Source: an uncultured beta proteobacterium
GTDB lineage: Bacteria; Pseudomonadota; Gammaproteobacteria; Burkholderiales; JACQAP01
DNA: 64,000 nt
Direction of reading: 5' to 3'
Assembly: GCA_963695915.1 (NCBI GenBank)
Contig: CAVOIO010000031.1
Location: 1,760 to 65,759 of the forward strand
Positions 29,953 to 43,412 of the stretch are shown one piece after another. The stretch's first letter is position 1. Each line of letters starts with the position of its first letter. Under the pieces are notes generated by a model. The model was not told the DNA's origin, ran no database searches, and saw only the letters and a list, made by a program, of their open reading frames with translations. A program made the position numbers and the translations under genes.

Positions 29953-30441
29953 GTGATAAACGTTGACCAGTTGATCTTCGCCTTGACGCTTCTCGCCGCT
30001 TTGGGCTGCGGGCTGATCGCGGGAGTTTTCTTTGCGTTTTCGTCTTTCGTGATGAAAGCCCTTGCCCGGCTTCCCGCCGGCGCGGGGATTGCCGCCATGC
30101 AATCCATCAATATCGTTGTTCTGAGGTCGTGGTTCATGGCGGCGTTTCTGGGAACGGCCGCGGTCTGCGTCCTTGCGTCGATATACGCGTTGCTCCGATT
30201 GCACAAACCGGGCGCTATTTACCTTTTGGTCGGCAGCGTGCTCTATCTCGTCGGCAGCTTCCTGGTAACGATCGTATTCAACGTACCCAGAAACGAAGCG
30301 CTGGCAAAGCTTGCGCCAACCGATCCCAACGGCGCGAGGCGTTGGTCTGGCTATGTCGCCAGTTGGACGGCCTGGAACCATGTCCGGACCCTCGCGGCCC
30401 TTGCGGCTGCCGCATCGTTCACCGTCGCGCTCGCATGTTGA
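29953..30441 (+). CDS. DUF1772 / anthrone oxygenase-family membrane protein (start approximate)
   Basis: GLIAGVFFAFSSFVMKAL, GIAAMQSIN, FNVPRNEAL and WTAWNHVRT. Confidence 0.85.
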   Translation: MINVDQLIFALTLLAALGCGLIAGVFFAFSSFVMKALARLPAGAGIAAMQSINIVVLRSWFMAAFLGTAAVCVLASIYALLRLHKPGAIYLLVGSVLYLVGSFLVTIVFNVPRNEALAKLAPTDPNGARRWSGYVASWTAWNHVRTLAALAAAASFTVALAC

Positions 30442-30619
30442 TCATGCGACTCGATCCTTAAGGGGATGTCACTGACGCACTCTGAGAACCGAACCGTCGA
30501 AGCCTCTCAACACAAAAGCGCCAAGGGCGCAGCACACAGGGTCCATACGCGTCAAGGGGTGCGCAGCTCCGGTTCCCGCTTTTTACCAGTCACTTGTCTC
30601 CCGTTACTCGTCACCGCCC

Positions 30620-30706
30620 CTAAAGCATCACGTGCGTCCCCAGCTCCACCACATGATTCTGGGGAAGATTGAAGCAAGTAGCCGCACCTTTCGCCTTCAA
30701 CATCGT
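30620..30706 (-). pseudogene. Relic 3' end of a Kup potassium transporter gene (copy 1)
   Basis: The minus strand reads ..AATCFNLPQNHVVELGTHVML*, resembling the Kup C-terminus (F.LP.NRVVELG.Q...). Recognised from memory of the family. Confidence 0.55.
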
Positions 30707-30717
30707 GTTCTCGGGGA

Positions 30718-31287
30718 TCAGCCCCCTTTGGAATAAGTCATCTTGTCGTGATTGCGGGTGATCATCCCACATGCCAGGCGCGCTCCGGGGTTACCGGCAG
30801 GTTGCGACTTCAGGTCGTCCTTGTCGGCATGCACCACCAGCCCGCGGCCGATGATGCTGTCCATTCCCGTACCGAAGGCGACATCGCCAATCGTGAAGGT
30901 AGAGTAAATAACCCCCTTCGAATCCGCGGTAATGTTGCCGAGATCGCCGCTGCGCCGCGACGAGTCGTTCGGCCCGCCGTTTTGGGAAGACGTCGGATTG
31001 AAATATCCGCCTGCGCTCGAGCCATCCCGCGCCGTGCAATCACCACTTTCGTGAATGTGCAGGCCATGCGTACTGTTCGGTTCGAATCCCGTCATGTTTA
31101 CCTGAACCAGCGCGACCCCGCCCGTGCGCACGAACGTCACTGCACCGTGCACCAAACTCCCCTGCGTTGGCCCAAGCAACGCCATCGCCGACGGATCTTC
31201 ATATATCGTGCCGCCCTTGTGCGCTGCACACGCCGGCAGCATGATGGCGCACAATCCCATCGTAATAAGCTTGCTGGAACTGGTCAT
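30718..31287 (-). CDS. sodC: Cu/Zn superoxide dismutase-fold lipoprotein with degenerate Zn site
   Basis: Lipobox LPAC; HGLHIH, GDLGN, VVHADKDD and GARLACG. Zn-site His positions read Y/N/R. Confidence 0.85.
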   Translation of the reverse strand: MTSSSKLITMGLCAIMLPACAAHKGGTIYEDPSAMALLGPTQGSLVHGAVTFVRTGGVALVQVNMTGFEPNSTHGLHIHESGDCTARDGSSAGGYFNPTSSQNGGPNDSSRRSGDLGNITADSKGVIYSTFTIGDVAFGTGMDSIIGRGLVVHADKDDLKSQPAGNPGARLACGMITRNHDKMTYSKGG

Positions 31288-31456
31288 TTGTCGCTGTCCT
31301 TTCCGGAATGTCCATCGATGACGCCGCGAACAGTTCAAAAAAAGCCGATCGACTTTGCATTGTAGACCCCCCCTCAATCCGAATGGTATTGTTGAATTGC
31401 TTTCCGCAAGTTCTTTCATCCCGGCCTTTTCCGCATCACCAGATCTCGCTCTTTAC

Positions 31457-31530
31457 CGAGCGCCGAGTCCTGAGCCCTGAGTCCCGGGTCTTGTGCCCTT
31501 GCCCTTCACCAGTCACTCGTCACTGCCTCT
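31457..31530. repeat. Heptamer-repeat element (GAGTCCT/GAGCCCT arm and AGTCACT/CGTCACT arm)
   Basis: GAGCGCCGAGTCCTGAGCCCTGAGTCCC...CCAGTCACTCGTCACT; a partial relative lies at 30572-30620. Confidence 0.55.
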
Positions 31531-31579
31531 AAAGCATCACCTGCGTACTCAATTCCACCACGCAGTCCAGCGGTAATCC
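31529..31579 (-). pseudogene. Relic 3' end of a Kup gene (copy 2)
   Basis: The minus strand reads GLPLDCVVELSTQVML*. Positions 31515-31561 match 30606-30652 at 40/47 nt. Confidence 0.45.
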
Positions 31580-31630
31580 CCATCCTGCAGCAACGCAGCT
31601 TTTACGCGCCGTTTAGTGCCGGCACTCAAA

Positions 31631-31650
31631 TCTTTACGCCCTCTTTACGC
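31631..31650 (+). promoter_or_regulatory. Putative KdpE (OmpR-family) binding site
   Basis: Direct repeat TCTTTACGC at 31631 and 31642 (11-bp period) upstream of the kdp operon; an extra TTTACGC lies near 31601. Confidence 0.65.
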
Positions 31651-31772
31651 AACGACCCGTACATTTCCATTCGTCCTTCGGTGGGGATCGCTACGGCCGT
31701 TTGATCCAAGTCAACAGCTCGAGTCGCCGACGGTACAGAGTCAGTCAAGTTTCGATTTGCGCGAGGTGAACC

Positions 31773-31865
31773 ATGGATCTGCTCTACATCTTGCTTGCCG
31801 TGGCGTTCTTTGCCCTGAGCGTTGCGCTCGTCTACGGTTTCGAAAAACTGAGGGGGCCGCAATGA
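31773..31865 (+). CDS. 30-aa hydrophobic peptide preceding kdpF
   Basis: RBS GAGGTG, then [30 protein letters not shown]; its stop overlaps the kdpF start (ATGA). Confidence 0.7.
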   Translation: MDLLYILLAVAFFALSVALVYGFEKLRGPQ

Positions 31866-31951
31866 ACTGGGTCTATGTTCTGAGCGCTGCGCTTGCGGTC
31901 GCAATTTTCATCTATCTGTTCGTCGCGCTTCTTTGGCCGGAGAAATTCTGA
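31862..31951 (+). CDS. kdpF: K+-transporting ATPase subunit F
   Basis: [29 protein letters not shown]; YL..AL..PEKF signature; overlaps the kdpA start. Confidence 0.9.
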   Translation: MNWVYVLSAALAVAIFIYLFVALLWPEKF

Positions 31952-33762
31952 TGAGTGCCAATGGATACCTGCAACTGGCGTTCTACGTCGCGGTCCTGCT
32001 TGCACTGGCTAAACCGCTCGGCGCCTACATGGCGCGCATCTACGAGGGCCAGCCGGCATTCCTGAACCGGCTGGGCGCGCCAATCGAGCGCCTCGTGTAT
32101 CGCCTGTGTGGTGTGGGCGCGGAGCAGGAAATGCGCTGGACGCAGTATGCCCTGGCCGCGCTCTGGTTCAGCCTGGCCGGGTGCCTGACGGTCTATGCCT
32201 TGCAGCGCTTCCAAGCCTGGCTGCCGCTGAATCCGCAGGGCCTCGCGGCAGTGTCGCCCGACTCGTCGTTTAACACCGCAATCAGCTTCGCCACCAACAC
32301 CAACTGGCAGGGCTACGGCGGCGAGTCCACCATGAGTTATCTGACGCAGATGCTCGGCCTTACGGTGCAGAACTTCGTCTCCGCGGCCACCGGCATGGCG
32401 GTACTCGTTGCGCTGATCCGCGGCTTCGTTCGCCAGAGCGCGGGAACGATCGGCAATTTCTGGGTAGATCTGACGCGCAGCACCCTTTACATACTGCTTG
32501 CCGCTCTCGCTCATCCTCGCGCTGCTGCTCGTATCACAGGGCGTGGTGCAGACTTTCTCCGCCTATCAAACGGTGCCGCTGGTCGAGTCGGTCGAATACG
32601 ACACGCCGAAGCTCGACGCCGCCGGCCAGCCGATAAAGGACGACAAGGGCAACGCCGGTCACCGAAAAGATCACGCAGAAGGAGCAGGTCATCGCCGTCG
32701 GCCCGGCCGCCTCGCAGGTCGCCATCAAGCAGCTCGGCACCAACGGCGGCGGTTTCTTCAACGTCAATTCCGCGCACCCGCTCGAGAACCCGACGCCGCT
32801 GTCGAATTTCCTCGAGGTGCTCGCCATCCTGCTGATCCCGGCGGCACTGTGCTACACGTTCGGGCGCATGGTCGGCGATACCCGTCAGGGCTGGGCGATC
32901 CTTGGGGCGATGACCATCGTGCTGGTAGTCCTGCTCGCCCTTTGCGCCGGCGCCGAGCAGGCCGGCAATCCTGTGCTCTCGGGGGCAGGCGCTGACCAGA
33001 CGGTTTCGGAAACCCAGTCCGGCGGCAACATGGAGGGCAAGGAAACCCGTTTCGGAATCGCCAACTCCGCGTTGTGGGCGACTGCCACCACCGCCGCTTC
33101 CAACGGATTCGGTCAATTCCATGCACGATTCCTTTACGCCGCTCGGCGGTCTGGTGCCGATGTGGCTCATGCAACTCGGCGAAGTGATCTTCGGCGGCGT
33201 CGGCTCGGGGCTCTACGGCATGATCGTGTTCGCCATCGTCGCGGTGTTCGTCGCCGGTCTGATGATCGGCCGCACGCCCGAATATCTCGGCAAGAAGATC
33301 GGGGCCTTCGAAATCAAGATGTCGGCGATCGTGCTTCTGATTCCTCTTTTCATGGTGCTGGGCGGCACTGCGATTTCGGTCATGCTCGATGCCGGCAGGG
33401 CCGGCGTGGCCAACCCCGGGGCGCATGCTTTCTCGGAAATCCTTTACGCCTTCTCCTCGGCGGGCAACAACAACGGCAGCGCCTTTGCCGGGCTGTCCGC
33501 GAACACGCCTTTCTACAACACCATGCTGGGCGTCGCCATGTGGTTCTCGCGCTTCTGGCTGATGGTGCCGACGCTCGCCCTCGCCGGCGCGCTGGCGGCG
33601 AAGAAGAAGGTGCCCGCGGGCGTCGGCACGCTGCCCACGCACACGCCGCTGTTCGTCTTTTTCCTGATCGGCGTGGTGCTGGTCGTCGGCGCGCTGACTT
33701 TCTTCCCGGCGCTCGCGCTGGGTCCGGTCGTCGAGCACCTCATGCTCTACGGCGGCAAGTAG
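31951..33762 (+). CDS. kdpA: K+-transporting ATPase subunit A (frameshifted)
   Basis: [32 protein letters not shown] and NNGSAFAG. Confidence 0.95.
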
Positions 33763-33805
33763 TTCCATCCGGCTGCCGAATCCGCAACACAGGAGTCCAC
33801 TCGAC

Positions 33806-35901
<2,096 letters not shown>

Positions 35902-35927
35902 TCAGCAATTGTTCGAAGGAGAAATCG

Positions 35928-36505
35928 ATGTTGACCGATATCAGACGTGCAGTGACGATGTTGGCCGTGATGACGCTGATCACCGGCCTGGTGTACCCGC
36001 TGGTGGTAACCGGAATCAGCAGCGCCGCGTTTCCCGGGAAAGCAAGAGGCAGCTTGATCGAGCGCGAGGGCAAGGCGGTCGGCTCGGTGCTCATCGGACA
36101 GCCGTTCAGCGATCCGAAACACTTCTGGAGCCGGCCGTCGGCAACCGGTCCGGTGCCGTACAACGCAGGGGCCTCGAGCGGTTCGAACCAGGGTCCGCTC
36201 AATCCGGCGCTCTACGATGCAGTCGCGGCGCGCGTCAAAGCCCTGCGGGACGCCGATCCGGACAAACACGGCGCCGGTGCCGGTCGATCTGGTGACCGCC
36301 TCCGCCAGCGGGCTCGATCCGCACATCAGCCCGGCGGCGGCCGACTACCAGGTCAATCGCGGGTCGCCAGGGTGCGCGAACCTTCCCATCCGCGAAGGTC
36401 CGCGCGCTGGTCGCGGACGCCACGGAAGGCCGGCAACTCGGTTTCCTCGGCGAACCGAGGGTCAATGTGCTCAAGCTCAACCTCGCGCTCGATGCGCGAC
36501 AGTAA
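35928..36505 (+). CDS. kdpC: K+-transporting ATPase subunit C (frameshifted)
   Basis: [28 protein letters not shown] and [11 protein letters not shown]. Confidence 0.93.
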
Positions 36506-36609
36506 CGAACATACCGCCGGCGTAGCCGGGAAGGGCTCGCTCCAGCGGTGATTCGCGGCAGACCATGCGGGTGCCCTGTGGCAGAATGCACTCGCAGCCT
36601 GCAGGCACG

Positions 36610-39342
36610 ATGACCGACATCCGACAAGACCCCGATGCGCTGCTCGCCAAAGTCCAGCGCGAGGAAGCGCAAACCGGCCGCGGCCGGCTGAAGATCTTTT
36701 TCGGCGCCTCGGCCGGCGTCGGCAAGACTTATGCGATGCTGTCCGCGGCACGCGAGTTGCGCGCCCAGACCGTGGACGTCGTGGTCGGCATTGTCGAGAC
36801 CCACGGCCGCAAGGACACTGCGGCGCTGCTCGAGGGATTGGAAGTATTGCCCGCGCGCTTTGTCGAATACCGCGGCACGCGCCTCGCGGAATTCGATCTC
36901 GACGGCGCACTGGCGCGGCGTCCCGCGGTTATCCTGGTGGACGAACTCGCGCACAACAACGCCGCCGGTTCGCGGCACCCCAAGCGCTGTCAGGACGTCG
37001 ACGAACTGCTCTCAGCCGGAATCGACGTCTATACCACCGTCAACGTCCAGCATCTCGAAAGCCTCAACGATGTGATCGGCGGCATCACCGGCATCAAGGT
37101 CTGGGAAACGGTTCCGGACCAGGTATTCGATCGCGCCGACGAGGTGACGCTGGTAGACCTGCCGCCCGATGAACTGCTGCAGCGACTGCGGCAAGGCAAG
37201 GTCTATCTGCCGGCGCAGGCCGAGCGGGCGGTCCGCAATTTCTTCCGCAAGGGCAATCTGATCGCGCTGCGCGAGCTGGCGCTGCGGCGCACCGCCGATC
37301 GCGTCGACGACCAGATGCTCGCCTATCGCCACGACGAGGCGATCCGCACGGTCTGGCATACGCGCGAATCGCTGCTCGCCTGCGTCGGGCCCGAACCCGG
37401 CGCGGAGAAACTGGTGCGCAGCACGGCACGGCTGGCCAAGCAGCTCGAAGTCGAATGGCATGCGGTATACGTCGAAACGCCGAAGCTGCAGCGGTTGCCG
37501 GAGGCACAACGCGAGCGCGTCCTGCGCGTGCTCACGTTGGCCCAGGAACTGGGCGCGCAAACGGCGACCATTCCCGGTCAGTCGCCCACCGAGGAGATTG
37601 TCGCCTACGCCCGCAGCCACAACCTGGCCCGCGTGGTGATCGGCCGAGGCCACCGGCGCCGGCTGCCGCTGGCCCGATCCTTTTCCGATCGGATCGCCGC
37701 ACTGGGCACCGACCTCGAGGTGGTCCAGGTCGGTCTCGGAGAAGGCCCTGCGCCGCGCCGCGCCGGCTCCGCCGCCGACGAGGACGGCGGTGCAATGCAG
37801 GGCGGCCTGCGCGCGGGCTATCTGTGGGCGGCCGTAACTTGCGCGCTCGCCACGCTGGCTGCCCTGCCGCTGGTTCCGTATCTGGATCTTGCCAATATCG
37901 TGATGCTGTTCCTGCTCGCGGTGGTACTGGTGGCCGTACGTTTCGGCCGCGGCCCGGCCATCCTGGCGGCGTTTCTCAGCGTGGGTTCGTTCGATTTTTT
38001 TTTCGTTCCGCCACGCTTTACCTTCGCGGTCTCCGACGTCCAGTACGTTGTCGTGTTCGGCGTGATGCTGGCAGTGGCGCTGATCATCGGCCATCTGACG
38101 TCGGGGCTACGCTATCAGGCGCGCGTTTCTGCCCACCGCGAAACACGCGCACGCGCGCTTTATGAACTGGCGCGCGAACTGTCGGGCGTGCTCGTGCGCG
38201 ACGAAGTCATCCGTATCAGCGACCGCCACATCGAGGCAAGTTTTCATGCGAAGACGGTCATCTTGTTGCCGGATGCGAACGAGAAGTTGCGCCAGCCTGG
38301 CGCGGACGAGGTGGCCAGCGCGCCGGCGATGGATCTGGCTGTCGCCCAGTGGGTATTCGACAACGGCAAGCCCGCCGGCTTCGGCACCGATACGCTGCCC
38401 GGCACCCGCGTGCATTATGCGCCGCTGCCTTCGCCGATGCGCACGCGCGGCGTGCTTGCGCTGGAGCCGGAAATGGCGAGATTGCTGCTAATTCCCGGAG
38501 CAGCGCCGGTTGCTGGAGACGTTCGCAGCGCTGATCGCGATTGCGCTGGAGCGCGTGCACTACATCGAGGTTGCGCAGGACGCGCTGGTGAAAATGGAGT
38601 CCGAACGCCTGCGCAATTCCATCCTGAGCGCGCTTTCGCACGATCTGCGCACGCCGCTCACCGCGCTGCTCGGCCTGGCCGAGTCGCTGGCGCTGACCAA
38701 GCCCGGATTGAGCGGCGTACAGCTGGAGTTGGCTGCGGCGATCCGCGACGAGGCAGTGCGGATGAATGCGCTGGTGAACAACCTGCTCGACATGGCGCGG
38801 CTCGAGGCCGGCGAAGTTCGGCTCAACCGCCAGTGGCAACCGCTGGAGGAAGTGGTCGGCAGCGCCGATCAAGGCACGCGAGCATCTGCTCGCTTCGCAC
38901 ACTGTCAGCATCGATCTGCCCAAGGCCTTGCCGCTGGTCGAATTCGACGCGGTACTGATCGAGACGGGTGCTGTGCAACCTGTTGGAGAACGCGGCAAAG
39001 TACACGCCGGCGCAGAGCGAGATTCGCATCGAGGCGAAAACGCAGGGAGCCGAAATGCATGTCAGCGTCGCCGACAACGGACCGGGTCTGGCGCCCGGGA
39101 GCGAAGAAACGATCTTCGAGAAATTCACCCGCGGCGCGCGCGAATCGGCGACACCGGGCGTGGGTCTGGGTCTGACCATCAGCCGCGCCATCGTCGAGGC
39201 GCACCGCGGCAGGATCTGGGCCGAAAACGACCCAGCCGGAGGCGCCCGGTTCGTGTTCGCGCTGCCACTCGGCACACCGCCGGCGATGCCACGCCTGCCG
39301 GAAGAACTGCCGGCCGTGGCTGCGCGAAAAGCAGTGACGTGA
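36610..39342 (+). CDS. kdpD: Sensor histidine kinase KdpD (frameshifted)
   Basis: GASAGVGKT, VDELAH, USP domain, 4 TM segments, SHDLRTPL H-box and GLGL G2 box. Confidence 0.95.
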
Positions 39343-40029
39343 CCGAACCCGTCCCCGTCGTCGTCGTGGTCGAGGACGAGAAGCAGATCCGTCGCTTCGT
39401 GCGCACCGCCCTGGAATCGGAAGGCTGCCGCGTGTTTCGAAGCACAGAGCGGACGACAGGGCCTGACCGAAGCCGCCACCCGCAAGCCGGACCTCGTGAT
39501 TCTGGACCTGGGACTGCCCGATCTCGACGGTGTCGAATTCATCCGCGACCTGCGCACCTGGAGCGTGCTTCCGATCATCGTGCTGTCGGCGCGCACCGAT
39601 GAGAACGACAAGATTGCGGCGCTGGACGCCGGCGCGGACGACTACCTGACCAAGCCGTTCGGTGTCGGCGAGTTGCTGGCGCGGGTGCGCGCCGCATTGC
39701 GCCGCGGAGCGACCGGAAGCGGTGGCGAGCCGGTGGTTGCGTTCGGCGACATTCGCCTGGACCTTGCAAACCGCAGCGTGCTGCGCGATGGTTCAACGGT
39801 CCACCTCACCCCGATCGAGTATCGCCTGCTGTCACTGCTTGCAGGCAACGCCGGCAAGGTGCTGACCCACCGGCAGCTTCTACGCGATGTTTGGGGCCCG
39901 TCGCACGTGGAGCATTCGCATTACCTGCGCATCTACATGGCACAACTGCGCCAGAAACTCGAAGCCGACCCGGCTCGACCACGCCACTTTCTCACGGAAC
40001 CCGGTGTGGGCTACCGGTTCGTGCCTTAG
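39339..40029 (+). CDS. kdpE: Response regulator KdpE (frameshifted)
   Basis: VEDE, LDLGLPD, GADDYLTKPF and YLRIYMAQLRQKLE winged helix. Confidence 0.93.
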
Positions 40030-40129
40030 CCCTTCAATCACAATCGACGCGTGCTCCTGGGCGCGAGGTCACTTGCTGCGCGGGCGGCCCCTCCCGGTTC
40101 GGCAACTGCGAGCAGCAATGAAATCCGTG

Positions 40130-41679
40130 CTAGCTCGCCTTTTCCGGCGCCAGTCCCAGCTTCTGGGCAAGCCCGATGCGCTGCAGCTTTCCGGTCGCGC
40201 CCTTGGGAATCTCGGCAACGATGAGTATCTTGCGCGGGACCTTGAAGTCCGCCACGCGCTTCGCGGCGAACTCCCGCAGGTCCTTCTCGCTGGCCTGCAC
40301 GCCCTCCCGCAGACACCACGGCCGCGGCAACGTCTTCGCCCAGCTTGTCGTGCGGAACGGCAAACGTGACGCACTGCTGAACTGCCGGGTGATCCATGAG
40401 TACCTCGTCCACTTCGCGCGGCGAGATCTTCTCCCCGCCACGATTGATGATCTCCTTCAAGCGGCCGGTGATCGTAAGATACCCGTCCGCATCCATCACG
40501 CCCTGGTCGCCTGTGCGAAACCACCCTTTGGTAAACGCCTCGGCGTTGGCCTTCTGATTGTTCTCGTAGCCGGACATAACGTTCTCGCCACGAATTGCGA
40601 TTTCTCGCCCGGACGCCCGGCGGGTAACGGATTGCCGTCCAGGTCGATCACGCACACCTCCGGCCCGGCATGCACGCCCACGGTTCCGGGCTTGCGCACG
40701 TCCGGCGGCAAGCGGATTACTCGCCATCTGATGCGCGGCCTCGGTCATGCCGTAGGATTCGATGACCGGTGCGCCGAACACCGCTTCGAGCTCCTTGATC
40801 ACCTGGGTCGGCATGGACGACGACGACGAACGGATGAAGCGTAGCGGATTGGCCTTGATCACATCGACGTTGTTCGCGGCGCGGGACAGTATCGCCTGGT
40901 GCATGGTCGGCACGGCCGTATACCAGGTGGGACGCACCTCGGCCATCCAGGAAAAGAATTTCAGGGCGTTGAACCCGGTTGTGCAGCACACTTCGCCGCC
41001 GGCCGACAGCGGGGCCAGGATGCCCGCGATCAGGCCGTGGATATGGAACAGCGGCATGATGTTCAGCCCGCGATCCGATGCGGCAAAGGCCAGAGTCTGC
41101 CGAACGTTGCGCGCCGAAGCACACACGTTGCGCTGCGCGAGCGGCACGATCTTCGGGCGCGAGGTCGTTCCGGAGGTGTGCAGGACCAGCGCGATGTCGT
41201 CCACGGACGCCGCGCCCGAGCGTGCCGGCGGCAGCGCAGCTTGTCTTTCGGGAAAAATGAGCGTGAAGCCGCCCGCGCCGTGTTCGCGCGTGGCGGCAAC
41301 CCGTGCGATCGGAATGCCAAGCTTGTTCGCGACATCGATGGCAGGGGATGCTTTGTCTCGCTCGATAATCAGCAGCCTGGCATTCAAGTCCCGCAAGTAG
41401 AACTCGAATTCGTCGGCCCTATAACCGGGGTTCAGAGGCGCGGCGGTCGCGCCGGCCGCGACGCTCACGAACGCGGCGGCCATCTCGGGACCGTTGTCGA
41501 GCACGATCGCGACGCGGTCATTGCGACCGATCCCCATCGCATTGAGCGTGCTCAGCGTATCGCGCGCGAGTTGGCGCAACGCCCATACGTCAGCGGCGCG
41601 CCACCGGGCGTGCTCAGGGCTGTCGCGCCGGGCGCTCCCGCTTCCAAAAGTTGGAGCACCGTTGTAGGCAACTGCTCAT
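40130..41679 (-). CDS. Acyl-CoA synthetase, oxalate-CoA ligase-like (frameshifted)
   Basis: LHTSGTTSRPK, MPLFHIHGL, YTAVPTMHQ, ESYGMTEAAHQ and PKGATGK, typical of the Oxs/Pcs60/AAE3 group. Confidence 0.8.
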
Positions 41680-41723
41680 GTCGACGATCCTGTGGTTGGT
41701 TCGAAATCTGAAACGGGGTAAAC

Positions 41724-42728
41724 CTAGCCTTCGAGCGTGAGCTTCGCGTGCCGGGCATTCAGCGACTTCGCCAAAAGGCTGGCACACGCGTACACGGCAC
41801 TGATGTGAGGCGTCGGCGTCTGGGTCAATCTGCCCAGTTCGACCACCGAGCCGGCCAGCGCCTCGATCTCGATCGGCCGTCCCTGCTCGACGTCCTGCAG
41901 CATCGAAGTCTTGTGCGCGCCGACCTTCTCCGCGCCGGCAATCCTGCGCTCAATGCTCACGCGGAAGGTAACGCCGAGCTTTTTGGCGATGGCCTCGGCC
42001 TCAGCCATCATCTGCATCGCCAGATCGCGCGTAAGCGGGAACTGACAAATGTCCACCAAGGTGGCGTGCGTCAGCGCGCTGACCGGATTGAAGCTCAGGT
42101 TGCCCCAGAGCTTGAGCCAGATCTCGCTGCGGATGTCTTGCGCTATCGGCGCTTTGAAACCAGCCTTGGTGAAGCTCGCCGCGATGGCCTGGACCCGCGG
42201 CGTAGTCGAGCCATCCAGTTCCCCGAGCGTAAAGCGGTTGCCCTCGACGACCTGGACCACGCCGGGCGAGACGAGATTCGCCGCCGGATACACTACGCTG
42301 CCGATCACTCGCGCGGCATCGATGCTGCGCGCAATGCTGCCGTCGGGGTCGGCGGAGACAATCGGCGTTCCCTCGTACTGCCCGCCGTGCTTGTGAAAGT
42401 ACCACCAAGGAATTCCGTTCTGCATCGTAACGACGCTGGTCGTCCCGTGGCAAAGTTGATTCAGATCGGGAGCAACGGCGGCGACCTGGTGCGCTTTGAG
42501 CGTCAACAGCACGACGTCCTGGAGACCCACATCGCTCAATTTTTCGAACGCACGCGCGCCCTCGGCACGCAGTTCGCTGCCGTCCTCCAGGATCAGCTTC
42601 ATCCCGCCGGCGCGAATGGCTGCGAGATTGGCGCCGCGGGCGATGAACGTGACGTCCTCGCCCGAATGAGCCAGCCTGACACCCAGGTAGCCTCCGATCG
42701 CGCCTGCGCCGACGACGGCGATCTTCAT
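41724..42728 (-). CDS. Ketopantoate reductase-family protein (PanE2 / oxalyl-CoA reductase-like)
   Basis: GAGAIGG, MQNGIPWWYF, WLKLWGN and TSMLQD; directly upstream of the oxalate-CoA ligase-like gene. Confidence 0.8.
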   Translation of the reverse strand: MKIAVVGAGAIGGYLGVRLAHSGEDVTFIARGANLAAIRAGGMKLILEDGSELRAEGARAFEKLSDVGLQDVVLLTLKAHQVAAVAPDLNQLCHGTTSVVTMQNGIPWWYFHKHGGQYEGTPIVSADPDGSIARSIDAARVIGSVVYPAANLVSPGVVQVVEGNRFTLGELDGSTTPRVQAIAASFTKAGFKAPIAQDIRSEIWLKLWGNLSFNPVSALTHATLVDICQFPLTRDLAMQMMAEAEAIAKKLGVTFRVSIERRIAGAEKVGAHKTSMLQDVEQGRPIEIEALAGSVVELGRLTQTPTPHISAVYACASLLAKSLNARHAKLTLEG

Positions 42729-42891
42729 GATGCCTTGCGTGAAAGTCGAGTCATATATAACGGTTGGAGAACTGGCCCGAAGCCGTCGAAGCTCTTGGCC
42801 CGCGTCCATTGAACGACGGATCGGTTTTCAACAGCTCCGCTGCGATGATGTCGTTCACGCGAGTGTAGCCGAAGACAGAGCGCTTCGACGC

Positions 42892-43389
42892 TCATTGCGC
42901 ACGCCGCCCGACAATGATCAGGTCGCGTTCCACCCCATCCAGCAGCGCGACTTTCGGCAACTCGCCCCAGCGCGCGAAGCCGAACTTGTCGAACAGCGCC
43001 AGGCTGTTCAGGTTGTGACCGAATATGAATCCCAGCAAGGTATCAATACCGAGACCCGGCGCCTGAGCGAATGCCTGGGTAAGCAAGTACGAGGCGATGC
43101 CGCGTTTCCTGAAGTCGGCGTGAACGTACACGCTGAGTTCCGCCGTCTTGTTGTAAGCAGGGCGGCCGTAGAAAGAGGAAAAGCTCAGCCAGCCGGCGAC
43201 CTGTCCCTCGGCCTCGACCACCCACAGAGGTCGAAAGTCGGCCGAATGCTCCTCGAACCAGCGCATCCGGCTCGCCACGGAGACAGGTTCGAGATCGGCG
43301 GTGACCAAGCGCGAAGGAATGGTTGCATTGTAGATCGCGACGATCTGCGGCAGGTCTTCGCGCCTTGCAATCCGGTGTGAGAACGCCAT
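42892..43389 (-). CDS. GNAT N-acetyltransferase (phosphinothricin acetyltransferase-like)
   Basis: IYNATIPSRLVTAD, FYGRPAY..TAELSVYV and RKRGIA. Confidence 0.88.
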   Translation of the reverse strand: MAFSHRIARREDLPQIVAIYNATIPSRLVTADLEPVSVASRMRWFEEHSADFRPLWVVEAEGQVAGWLSFSSFYGRPAYNKTAELSVYVHADFRKRGIASYLLTQAFAQAPGLGIDTLLGFIFGHNLNSLALFDKFGFARWGELPKVALLDGVERDLIIVGRRAQ

Positions 43390-43412
43390 GGCTGCACATT
43401 CAGTCGTCGAAG

